This document shows positions 1 to 10,847 of a stretch of 40,101 nt of DNA, in pieces. Position numbers and translations under genes: made by a program. The stretch is from Vairimorpha necatrix (Eukaryota), in assembly GCA_036630325.1 (NCBI GenBank), contig CP142733.1, positions 1,054,001 to 1,094,101 on the forward strand, in the 5' to 3' direction. How positions within the stretch are numbered: the first letter of the stretch is position 1; every line of letters starts with the position of its first letter. The notes below the pieces were generated by a model, which saw nothing but the letters and a program-made list of their open reading frames with translations, was not told where the DNA came from and did no database searches.

Positions 1-1056
1 TTAAAAAAACTAAAATGTAATTAAAATTTAGCCGCTATTTTTAGCGAAATTCATGATTTTTCTATTTTCAAAAGGTTATATTGTATTGCAATTTTACGGA
101 AGAGGGGTTTAAAAAATTATAATAGATGATTCCACTAAAAATTTAGCATCAAAGTTTATCAGCAATAATCGAAAAATGGATTTTAAATCTTAAATATATG
201 AAATTATAGATTACCTTTGTCTCACAAAGTATATTATTGTAGTAACAAAAAAACGTAGAGTTAATCTTTTAAATTATTTTTTCAAAACTGATTGCTAAGA
301 GGACTCACAACAGACGAGACGGGCTTAGTATAGCTAGACAAATACTATTTACATCGTTTGTTTGATTAAAGACAGACAAATAAACAATTTAGAAAATTAA
401 AAGCTACTAAAAAGAAGAGTAAAAAATCAAATAAGAATTTTTTAGAACTAGCTTCAAATTTTTATTTTGAAAAGTGATTATAATATTTATTTACAGCTTT
501 TATTTTTCCGTTTCAGTCATATATTAATAAAACATTAAGATGATAGTTATTCAAGGAACCATTCCTAAGTCGCATATATCCAAGAAATTCATTGTAAAAC
601 AGTTATAAATTGAATAGAAAATTACCATTTAGAACAATAAATTTCTACTTTTAGATGGATAAATTTTTTTGTAAATTTTGATGGAGAGGGGTTAATAAAT
701 TCCAAAAAACAATTCTTTCTATATTTTAGAACTGGGTTTTACAAAGATAAAGAGCAGTAAAGGGCATTTAAACACAGAGTACATACAATAATAATTACTG
801 AATTCATTATTAAGCCCCACTCAAATTTACAATTAGTAAAAAATAAGCAATTATGAAAGGTGGAAAAACTTGGAATAAATAATTGGCACACTTAATATAA
901 TGTTATGCTGATCAAAAAATTAATCATTTTATTTATTCATAATAGAATATATATTTAAAAAACGTGTAATATTTTATGAAATTGCCATTTGGTTTTTTGG
1001 AGTCTAAATTTATTCTTTAGTTAGTTTTGTTTTTTAAATTTGGAAATATTTTACCC

Positions 1057-1620
1057 ATGGAAGGATTTCTACTTGTTTTTGATATAAATGATACGTTAAT
1101 TTCTAAGATAAAAAAAACTGATAAATATGTTTTAGACAGTTTAACTGACAATCAGAAAAACAATACATACAGTTGTAATAATCATATTTTGTTGAAAAGA
1201 CCGCTTACAGATTTACTAGTTAAATTTTTAGAGATACACAATATTAATTATGTATTTTGGTCTACATCTATGAAACATAATATCAAAAAGATGATTCCTT
1301 ACTTGGAAGAAATTGGGTATAATTTTCATTTGGGCTATTTTGGACAAGAGGAATGTGAAGAGGGTATTATTACTGAAAAGATAAAAGCAAAAAACAATAT
1401 AAAAAATTTAGAAGTAGTTTCTAAGCACTTTAATGTAAAATTAGAACAATGTGTACTCATAGACAATGATATCGAAAAACATGTTGATGGTCAAAACTTT
1501 ATACACGTAAAGGAAATAAATTTAGGACATGATGAAGAAATCATCAATATATGTAAAAAGCTGGATAAATTTATAGATTGTCAGACAAAATGTTTTGTAA
1601 AATCATTAGCTGTGGAATAA
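1057..1620 (+). CDS. FCP1/SCP (NIF, NLI-interacting factor)-like HAD-superfamily phosphatase domain protein, 187 aa
   Basis: The true start is probably the ATG at 1057 (ttaCCCATG, microsporidian CCC motif), not the TTG at 1027. Motifs LLVFDINDTLI (HAD motif I variant), KRP..., FWSTS, KNL and CVLIDND follow the FCP1-homology domain layout. AATAAA lies shortly after the stop. Confidence 0.8.
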   Translation: MEGFLLVFDINDTLISKIKKTDKYVLDSLTDNQKNNTYSCNNHILLKRPLTDLLVKFLEIHNINYVFWSTSMKHNIKKMIPYLEEIGYNFHLGYFGQEECEEGIITEKIKAKNNIKNLEVVSKHFNVKLEQCVLIDNDIEKHVDGQNFIHVKEINLGHDEEIINICKKLDKFIDCQTKCFVKSLAVE

Positions 1621-2594
1621 TACAACGAGACTGCAAATAAAGATAAGTATTTAGGTCGGTTTAAATGATTAAAACATTTATTTTTAAATATTAATGTTTT
1701 ATTTGGCAAATATTTTTTCTTCTAAAATTATTTTACATAATTTAGTTGTCAATCAAAACCGTCCATTTGTCGAAAGATGATTGGCTAGTTTTTATTATGG
1801 TTTCACATGGAAAGAAATATATATCTTACATAAATTGTTTATATATTATTTATTAATTTTATAGAACAATTGGTCCCCTTACATATAGAATGCATTGTCA
1901 AACAGTTTACTTGTATTTTCCATGCCCTCTTTTGGAAATGATTTTAAAAGGTTACAGTAGCCAATCAAATACGTTCACTTGTCGAAAGATGATTTGCTCT
2001 TTTTGATAGGCTACGATATGCATATTAACTCTTTTCGCAAACAAATTAAATGATTATAATACAAATTAAGTGTTATATCTGTTTTATAAATAATTTGAAA
2101 TTTTTTTTTGACCAAATAGAATAAAAAAAACAATTAAGTAAATGAAAAAATTTTTAGCGCCAGATTTGACTTTTTTTTATCACTTATAGATATTTTTTTT
2201 TGTCAAAAATAGAAAAGAAAATATATAAACACGTGAAAACGATTTAAATTACACAAATAAACGAAAAACATGGGAGAAGTGTTGACGCAATAACTAAATT
2301 TTAGCCTATTTAGTCTCTAACAACGGAAAATAGTACACAATGTATGACGTTGGTTGATAGAAGACAGAACAAATTTAAATAGAGAAATAACTGCATGAGA
2401 AAATATTTAGTTATTTAAAATAGAAATAGATGTTTGAAAATTATGAATAGCTAGATAACTGCTCTACTTCGAATTAAAATTATTTAATTTAACATGAATA
2501 TAAAATAAGTTTTTATTTGAAGAATATTATATAAGTTATATTTTATTTAAAAGCAGATTTATTTCATCATTAAGCTCAAAGCACAAAAACCAAA

Positions 2595-3111
2595 TCATAT
2601 ATATAAAAGAATTTTATTTAATTTTTTACCCCTCTTTTTTGTGACTTTGAAATTTCTAAACTATTTATTTTGATCTTATTAAGTTATAAAAATAGTGTTT
2701 TTAGATTTAATGTTTCAATTTGATAATTATAGATGCGAATACTATATGTTAATACTTTTTTGTTTTTTATAAATTTTTTGTAAAACTCAGTTCCAAAATA
2801 TCGTCAGAATCGTTTTTTAGAATTTATTTAACCCTTCCAGGAAAAAATTTAAAAACAAATAACGAAGAAGAAATTGAATGTAAGTGTCAAAAACTGAGCT
2901 TTAGAAGTTCCCAAAATTATTTCATTGAGATTATTAAATGTTTTAAAACAACACTACTCCTTATATGTTACTAAAAAGTATTTTTGAAAATCATGTTTCC
3001 TCCTTTTCAAATTCATCCCAAAATGGAAACTTAACAACAATAAAAGGGGAAATACATATTAAAAAACTAAACATTTAGATTCCGTTTTCAAAACGGGAAA
3101 GCATAAGCTAG
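2595..3111 (+). mobile_element. Non-autonomous Helitron, copy 1 (517 bp)
   Basis: 5' end is A|TCATATATATAAAAG. A subterminal hairpin (t)CCGTTTTcAAAACGG(g) lies about 10 nt before the terminal CTAG. Confidence 0.85.
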
Positions 3112-3633
3112 TCATATATATAAAAGAATTTTATTTAATTTTTTGCCCCTCTTTTTTGTGGTTTTGTAAAATCTAAACTTCTTATTATAGCTTATTGTGT
3201 TATTGTAATATCAAATATAAACTCATTGAATGATTTTGACTATCATGGGTGTGTGTACTGTATGTTAATACATTTCCATTTTAATTCTTATTTTTAGAAA
3301 ACTCAGTTCCAAAATATTGTCAGAATCGTTTTTTAGAATTTATTTAACCCTTCTAGAAAAAATTCACAAAAATATTAACCAAAGAAAAAAGTTGAATAAA
3401 ACTGTCAAAACTTGAGCTTAGAAGTTCCCAAAATTATTTCAATATGATTCATAAGTGTTTCTAACTTAACTTAACTCCTTATATGTTACTAAAAAGTATT
3501 TTTGAAAACGATGTCTTCCTCCTATCAAATTCAATCATCCCGAAATAGAAACTCACCAAAATTCACCGAGGAGCGACATATTATAAAACAAAACATTCAA
3601 ATCCCGTTTTCAAAACGGGAAAGCATACGCTAG
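3112..3633 (+). mobile_element. Non-autonomous Helitron, copy 2 (522 bp)
   Basis: Starts TCATATATATAAAAG directly after the CTAG of copy 1. Ends CCCGTTTTcAAAACGGG-aaagcatacg-CTAG. Confidence 0.85.
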
Positions 3634-3636
3634 TCA

Positions 3637-4156
3637 TCATATATATAAAAGAATTTTATTTAATTTTTTACCCCTCTTTTTTGTAGTTTTAAAATTTCTT
3701 AACGATATGTTTTGAGCTTATTGTGTTATTAAAATAGTGTTTTCGAATTTAATGCTTTCGTTTGATTATCGTAAGTGCGTACACTATATATTAATGCATT
3801 TTTATTTTAATTCTTTGTTTTGTAAAACTCAGTTCCAAAATATCGTCAGAATCGTTTTTTAGAATTTATTTAACCCTTTTAGAAAAATTGCAAAAACATA
3901 TAACCAATGAAGATCTTACATGTAAGTGTCAAAAATTGAGCTTAGAAGTTCCTAAAATTATCTCATTATAACTATTAAATGTTTTTATATCAAGTTTTTT
4001 TCTTATATGTCACTAAAAAGTATTTTAAAAAATCATGTCTAAACTCTGTCAAATTCAATCAGCCAAAAATGGAAACTTCACAAAATTTACCGAGACGGGA
4101 CATATTATAAAACAAACACATTTATCCCGTTTTCAAAACGGGAAAGCATACGCTAG
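3637..4156 (+). mobile_element. Non-autonomous Helitron, copy 3 (520 bp)
   Basis: A|TCATATATATAAAAG start. Ends with the same hairpin and CTAG|T. Confidence 0.85.
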
Positions 4157-4786
4157 TAAATAATAAATAGAAGTAAGGAAACCCATTATAATATTTTCAA
4201 CAAGTGTTAAATAAAATTCACATGTGATCTCAATCACAATTCAAAAAAACAATTTTTACTTGACTATAACTGAGCACAATATTTCATGGACTAAAATTTT
4301 TTTAAAAATCAATTCGAATTAATATTTACGATAATGTTTAGCAAAGTAAATTATTTTACAAGTATTCTAGATTTATAATGCCAAAAATGATAAATTATTC
4401 TAGTTATCTTTTGCATCTTTTTTTTGCGCTCATTTTTGACACTTTTAAAATTTTTAACGTCATGCTTAGGCAATTCGATAATGCCTCAAGAACACTAATT
4501 GTTTACAGTAAAACATTAAAAATTCAACATTAATAAGAAAAATTTATTTAACATTACAAATCCAATTTTAGAATAATGGAGTTCTACCATTAGAAAATAA
4601 TATTACTTAATAAAATCTTCGTTTTGTTTATATGATGTAATTTTATTCGCTACGTTGTTACATGTCACTAATTGACTTTCATAAATATTTATTATTTATA
4701 AAGTCAAGAAAATACAATTTTTTTATGAAAATCAGACGCAATTTTCTTAATAGTTTAAAGTTAAATGATAAAATTGCATCCCTATA

Positions 4787-5494
4787 ATGTTTTTATTTTT
4801 TTATTCGTTATTAAGTAATTCTTACAATTTCATTGGAAGATCGTTAAATGCCATTGGTCCACAAAATAAAAGCAATGGAATGATTTATAAAAATGCAATT
4901 TTCGACAGGGAACAATCCGTTTTGCCATTTGATATAAAATATAAAAATGTTACTGTTAAAAACTATAAATTATGGTATGATGATTTCGATAATACGCAAA
5001 TATTTGAATGTTATGAACATTTTTTATTCGAGCCAAAAAAAATAATTTATAATGTAATTATATGGGAAAATATATTAAAATCACTAGATGTTGTGTTTGA
5101 TGCTTTGACATCACACACAGATATTATTAAAATTATAAATCTAACTAAGAATATGAAAAAACATGTGTACGTTCAAAATTTAAGATATTATTTTAAAATA
5201 TTTGTAATAAAATTTCTGACAAATCAGCCGGCTAAAATAAAATTGAGACCTATTGGTCATCTCTTTGAATTTTTAGCGTATCATAGTTATGATCTGATCT
5301 TTGATTTAAGTTTTTATTCTTTATTTGAAGATGCCAATGAAATGAAAAAGATTCAAAAGCTTGTTAATAGATTTATTGATGTGAGGATGAAGGAATTTTG
5401 CCCATGGCATGTTATACAATTATATAGTGAACTGATGTATTCTGGTAAGAGAAAAAATCCATTGGACACCTCGTTTGTTGGAAGTAGGGGATAA
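4787..5494 (+). CDS. Hypothetical protein with probable N-terminal signal peptide, 235 aa
   Basis: Intact 708-nt ORF in very AT-rich DNA, with catCCCtataATG start context, a hydrophobic N-terminus (MFLFFYSLLS) and AATAAA right after the stop. No family recognised. Confidence 0.7.
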   Translation: MFLFFYSLLSNSYNFIGRSLNAIGPQNKSNGMIYKNAIFDREQSVLPFDIKYKNVTVKNYKLWYDDFDNTQIFECYEHFLFEPKKIIYNVIIWENILKSLDVVFDALTSHTDIIKIINLTKNMKKHVYVQNLRYYFKIFVIKFLTNQPAKIKLRPIGHLFEFLAYHSYDLIFDLSFYSLFEDANEMKKIQKLVNRFIDVRMKEFCPWHVIQLYSELMYSGKRKNPLDTSFVGSRG

Positions 5495-6349
5495 TTAGAA
5501 ATAATAAAATTTTTATTAAACGTATGTAATGCTCTTTCTTGTAGATTTAAGATTTATATGACGTTTTATATATACTCAAATTATTTTATAATCAATAAAA
5601 AAGGAATATTGTTAATTTATACACTACCGATCTTTGCAATTAATTACATTGCATATTTAGCTACAACAAACAATTTTTTATTTTATACTAAAATTTCTGG
5701 ATTTAAAAATCGTCCAAGGGTGCTTTTACGCTACAAATCAATTGTTTTACATTTCTTTTTGTATAATCTTTCTTGTAAGTATTATTTATACATGAAAATA
5801 ATTTGGGAATAACATCATTAATATTTTTATTAATAAATCAGTAGTGTATTTCTACATTTGTCTTGTTTAACTTGCAAAATTTTGAAACTTCGTATTTAGG
5901 CATAATCTGTCTGTAAAGTAATATTTGTGTTTTTTCTATTCAGATAATTCTATTATAAGTATTTGGAACTATTTTTTTTCAAACTACCTAATTAGCTTTA
6001 ATTTTAATGAAACAAAAGCTATTTTTTAGGCCAATAGAAATATTGAAACATACATACAAATAAAATGCAATTTCAACGTTTAAATTTTTTTTAAATACAT
6101 ATTTTAATCGATTTGAAATTATTTTTAAGACGTTATGTCATCGAAAAATTTTATAGTTATTATAATATTTGAAAACCATTTGGTTCTTGACTTTTAATGA
6201 CTCTTAGAATTATGAAAGTTATGAAAAATTTTGAAATTTATAAAACTTTTTCTAGAATCCAATGTGCAAATATTTCGTATATATTAACTGTTATATATTT
6301 TGATAAATCTTACCCATAATTATGATATAATAGATAAATTTAATTAGAA

Positions 6350-6715
6350 TATGCTTATTGTAATTTATATTTTTAGTTTAACACGAATAGGTTCCGCTTT
6401 AGCGTCTCCTGCTTGTAGGTGGCTTCTCATCTCCATAGTCCTTTCCACATCGGCTTCGTCTCCTCTCCTTCGTTAGTCCAGAGAAATGCTCTCTAGCGTC
6501 TTCTTTAGCGTGATCATCTGGATTTACGCTTCTACCATATTATGGATTAAAAGTCTTGTGGTATAAGATTTGTGAAACTTAGTCACTATACCTTTCCAAC
6601 TAATTACGTAGGATATTATTTCTGTTTTAAAACCATATATTAGACCCAGTTCGTTCAAGGACACCATACTTTTTTAACTTATCGTTTTTACTTGCTGTAG
6701 ATTCTCTTGTGAATT
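6350..6715 (-). mobile_element. 3' remnant of a non-LTR retrotransposon (restriction-like endonuclease, RLE domain C-terminus), pseudogenised
   Basis: Minus-strand translation across frameshifts and stops reads SQENLQQV..DKLKKYGVL/NELGLIYGFKTEIISYVISWKGIVTKFHKSY...VEA*IQMITLKKTLESISLD*RR. This matches the KxxKY..LANELG..IIPYV.xWxGIVT...LKKTLESIS pattern of RLE-bearing elements. Boundaries are approximate. Confidence 0.75.
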
Positions 6716-9006
6716 ATGATAAATAACTACATTTTTTTTAAAACTCTAATTAATGCAATACTAATAGCATGACATATACGCAACTTAGAGGATTAAGCTC
6801 ATAAATAAATAAAAATTTTTAGTTTTTTTCTAAGGAAATGTTTTTTCGTCATACAGTCGCTCCTTTTATACTATTAATTCATTTTTTATGTTATAAATAA
6901 TATAGCATAATCTTTCGATATAGCTTTCCATGCTTTTATGAGAATATTGACAGTACTAAACAAAAAATTAAAATATTCAGTGTTTATTACAATATCTTTA
7001 AAAAGTTATTTACATATGCATATAATCGCATTTACACCTGCTTATATTTTTCAATAATTTTGTTTTATTGACATATAATAGCTGGAAATATATCTCTAAT
7101 TTTATGTAATTTTCTATATTGCTGTACCACTTTTTTTTTTGAGTTTTATCTGTTTTGTTTCTTATACTGTCTATGAGTTTATTTTTATCATGTGTCATAT
7201 ATTTGATAGCGGTTATTATTAAAAATTTTCTATATTGGCAATTTATAATGTTTATCAAACAAAAAAACTTATATTTAGTATATAGAAATGTGAACAAAAT
7301 AATTTCTATAAATTTTGTAGTTTTTAATAAAAAATTTATACTTTTTGTAAGTTTTTGTTATTTTATATTTAAGGCACTAACGGCTGAAATTTTAACAACA
7401 AAATAATGTTTTTAACATCTTGTTATTATGTTCACATAACATCTCTATTTTTATAAGAAGTATTTTAATATTATAAATTATTATCCCTCCTTCGCATTCT
7501 TTAAATATTTTAGTTTAAACCCCACAAGAATAAATGAATTTAAAGGAGACGTACTCAAATAAAAGCATTAATTTAAAAACATATGCAAGCCTGACGGGGA
7601 TAGACGCCAAACATACAGTTCTTTGCATATTAGTTTAGAACAAGCCGCATCCCTGTGCAGCACGCCACATATCTATTTACTTATATGATAATTAAAATAC
7701 AAAAAAATATATATACAAATTTAAAAAATATTTTGAGTGTTTGTTAATAAAATATAAAATAATAATTAAGCCGAGCATATCCTTCCTAAGAAAAATGAAT
7801 CAAACAAGATAAAAATATTGTTCTAATCGTTTCTTGTTCTATACCTTGCCAGAGGATAATTGTTTTTTTTTCTGGTTCATTCATAAGATTAAATTATTTT
7901 TAAACATAAGAATTGGGTTTAAAGCGAGATTTTTAAATTACCTTTAAAAAGTATGATAGCATTTCTATAATAGTTTAAAAAAGGATGTGTTTTGTGTTAA
8001 GTCTATATTTAAGGTTATATTATTTTTTATCGTAATACCAATTATTTGCATTAATAATAGTTTTCGTTTTCTTTTTTATAATTATGTAGAGGGTCAAGCA
8101 ACAAGATATTATAAAAACAAATTAAAGATACTATGTATTGTATTTCAGAATCTTTTAAAAATAATTTTAAATATATTATTTTTCTGTGTTTGAAAAAAAA
8201 ATAAATAAGTAATGCTTAAATTTTTTTTTTCTATATATATCCTGTTATTATAACATCTAATGTATAACTTTCTTTATATTGTATTTAAAAAAAATACTTA
8301 CATATCTCTCAAATGAAAAATTATTAATATAATATACAGCTACAAATTGTCTAATTTATATTTTATCATATTTATATTTCAAAGATTTATATGATGAAGG
8401 CTAAAATAGTAAAGTAAGATTTAAAACTGTGTTAGTAAGATATTGATGAAAAAAATTTTAATTTTTTAAAAGTTAGATTTTAAAAGGATTTCCAATTATT
8501 ACCACAAATTGTGAACATTGTAAAAATAGCCCAACATAGTCAATCAACTGTTTGTATAAATAAAAAATAATACTTTATATTTATGTATAAATAAATATTA
8601 CTTGACTTTGTTACATTTAAAAACAATATATTATGAAATAATCTTTGGTTGATTGTTCATCTTATTTAACAATTTTATAACAGCAAAATCACATATAAGA
8701 TATGGAGAATAATTGCAAGTAAATACATGGGTATGAAAATTTGACAACAAGTTTCCTTTGTATGTTACATTAAAAACCCTTGAGTTATGTTTTTTATTCA
8801 CCATAATTACCTGAAATCTAAAAAATCCTATTAAAATATTACGTATAAGTATAATAGACTCTTTATTTAAATCCCATTACATAATATTTATAGGTTTTTT
8901 TTAAAATTAAATTTTTTTAATTTTGTTTTCTTAATTTTTTGATCGTCAGTTCAGCATAAAATAAATTCATCAATGTTTTTGTAAAAAACAAATCCATTTT
9001 TCTTTG

Positions 9007-9353
9007 TGTCATGTATCCGGGGTACATGGCCATCCTTATAGTATTTTTCTAAATAGTTTTTTATATTAATAGTTTTATTTTGTTTATTATAATCTTTGTT
9101 CTGATTATTTAATGAATCTTCTTTCATCATATCCGCGTACCCTTCTCAGCAATATTTCTTTTATATTTTATTTTTAATTAATTGTTCTTTGTCAACAATA
9201 AACGCAAACATTGGCGTACTTACGAATGTAGTAGCGACCATGGAACTTTCGTTTGTTTGATCGTTTACGTGACTCATCATTACACCCCGTTTAAGATGTT
9301 TGACAGCTGATCGTTTTGACAGTTGTCTATGTGATGTAGTCATGTACATCACA
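9007..9353 (-). repeat. 3' LTR of the Gag-only element
   Basis: TGTCATGTA...TACATCACA termini, preceded on the minus strand by the PPT. Confidence 0.92.
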
Positions 9354-9365
9354 TTCTGCCCTCTC

Positions 9366-10847
9366 CTAAAGCTTTAAATTTTTTAAAGATACCACTTCAT
9401 TCTTATATATTCCTGACCACTCTTCATGTTTCAATATTTCGTCCGGCGGTTCTACTATTATATTATTTTTATTAATTTTTATTATTTCCTGCTTATTCTT
9501 CGTGTTTATATTTTCTAACTTTTCTTTGTGCTTATTTCTTATTTTATATGTCTTCATTTGTTTATCTTTATCACGGTATTTTATTTTTGTTAATTTAATA
9601 TCTCGATTTCTTTTATACTCCTCATTATTATTTTCCTTTTCTTTATTTTTTATCTCATTGTTAAGCTTTTGGTCAACATCTGTGTTTCTTTTAATATTTT
9701 TATCTTTTACTTTAAATATATTTGTTTCAACTACCTTCTCGCGTAGTTTCTCGTTACTAAGCGTGTTCGCTTTTATTTCATCATTTGTTGATGTTTCATA
9801 TTTAATTTTCACTTCTTTTGAATTTTTTTTATTTAATGTTTCTTCTTTTAATAAGTCATTATTCTCGACTTTATTTTTCGTTTCTTTAACTTCCTTCATC
9901 ATGTATAGCTTTACTGGAACATCCTCTTTGACTTTTCGATGTTGCGATGTTTTCCTTAGCTGTTCGGAAGTATTATTTTTTATCGTAAAGCATTCGTTTG
10001 AATCGTGCGTAGTATTTTTGTGTAAACTGCACCATTTACTATTCATATAGTTATCGTTTTGATTCCTAAATCGTTCTCGATCCATGTCAATTTGTCTTTG
10101 TTTGAGACCTCGTCTCTTACCTTCTAATATTAGGCGTTCTTCTACTGATTCTAGATATGTAACAATTTCTTCTACGTTATTTTTTCCAAGTTCCAATATC
10201 TTTAGGCGAGTGGAGAAACCTAGGCCTAAAAAGAAATTTTCTCTTAATTTTCTCTCGTACTCTTTTCTTGTTAAGTTTTCTAGTCTAGCATACTGATCTA
10301 CTAGATTCTTTATTTCAAACAAATATTCTTTAATGTATCTAAAATTAATTTGTTTGCATGCCTGTAGCTTTAAATGTAGCATCTCAGGACTTGATCTTTG
10401 ACTTAAATTTTTCTCAATATATCTTCTTATTTTCTCTAAATCTGGTAATGCAAATATTTGTTGCAATGCGGGATCTCGCACTAATTCTGCTAAGGCGATT
10501 TTCTCTTTTTTAAAATCCCATTTTTTGTTCTTAGAAATTTGGTTGAACTCTTCAAACCATGTATCTAACTCCATTTCATTAAATTCTTTGATATTTTTTA
10601 TTATGCTTAAGCTTTTCTTAACTTCTAAATCGATCTCTTCGATCGTATACTTAAATTCTAACGCTTCCTTAGTTACTGCGTTTTTGTCCCCTTTCGATAC
10701 TTTGTGGGAATTGAATTCAATTATGTCATGTATCCGGGGTACATGGCCATCCTTATAGTATTTTTCTAAATAGTTTTTTATATTAATAGTTTTATTTTGT
10801 TTATTATAATCTTTGTTCTGATTATTTAATGAATCTTCTTTCATCAT
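9366..10847 (-). CDS. gag: Gag-like protein (493 aa) with a CHHC zinc knuckle and a K/N/E-rich tail
   Basis: Helical capsid-like region (LDTWFEEF...W...QINFRYIKEY...FFLGL) and WCSLHKNTTHDSNEC (C-x2-H-x4-H-x4-C). No protease, RT or integrase motif. The ATG lies inside the 5' LTR with a GGG motif upstream. Confidence 0.85.
   Translation of the reverse strand: MMKEDSLNNQNKDYNKQNKTINIKNYLEKYYKDGHVPRIHDIIEFNSHKVSKGDKNAVTKEALEFKYTIEEIDLEVKKSLSIIKNIKEFNEMELDTWFEEFNQISKNKKWDFKKEKIALAELVRDPALQQIFALPDLEKIRRYIEKNLSQRSSPEMLHLKLQACKQINFRYIKEYLFEIKNLVDQYARLENLTRKEYERKLRENFFLGLGFSTRLKILELGKNNVEEIVTYLESVEERLILEGKRRGLKQRQIDMDRERFRNQNDNYMNSKWCSLHKNTTHDSNECFTIKNNTSEQLRKTSQHRKVKEDVPVKLYMMKEVKETKNKVENNDLLKEETLNKKNSKEVKIKYETSTNDEIKANTLSNEKLREKVVETNIFKVKDKNIKRNTDVDQKLNNEIKNKEKENNNEEYKRNRDIKLTKIKYRDKDKQMKTYKIRNKHKEKLENINTKNKQEIIKINKNNIIVEPPDEILKHEEWSGIYKNEVVSLKNLKL

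Noticed and set aside
305-340. CAGACGAGACGGGC...GCTAG as another Helitron 3' end
   Set aside because: The left arm of the hairpin is missing and CTAG is not followed by T.
1762-2005. Short direct repeat TTGTCGAAAGATGATT at about 1767 and 1979
   Set aside because: Only two short copies, with no termini, TSD or other structure.
2595-4156. Conserved blocks with variable spacers as a CRISPR-like array
   Set aside because: The period is about 520 bp, the spacers are homologous to each other, the context is eukaryotic with no cas genes, and Helitron termini explain the structure.
5558-8193. Short ORFs 5558-5812, 7010-7297, 7155-7406 and 7987-8193
   Set aside because: They have low-complexity F/I/K/Y translations typical of random AT-rich DNA, mostly non-ATG starts and no CCC/GGG context.
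9161-9352. Identical 63-aa ORFs at 9161-9352 and 10878-11069
   Set aside because: They lie wholly within the LTRs and start at a GTG one base inside the terminus. Their identity simply reflects LTR duplication.
9502-10758. Plus-strand ORFs 9502-10050, 10084-10296 and 10525-10758
   Set aside because: They are antisense shadows of the K/E/N-rich gag ORF, with F/L/S-rich translations and no start context.
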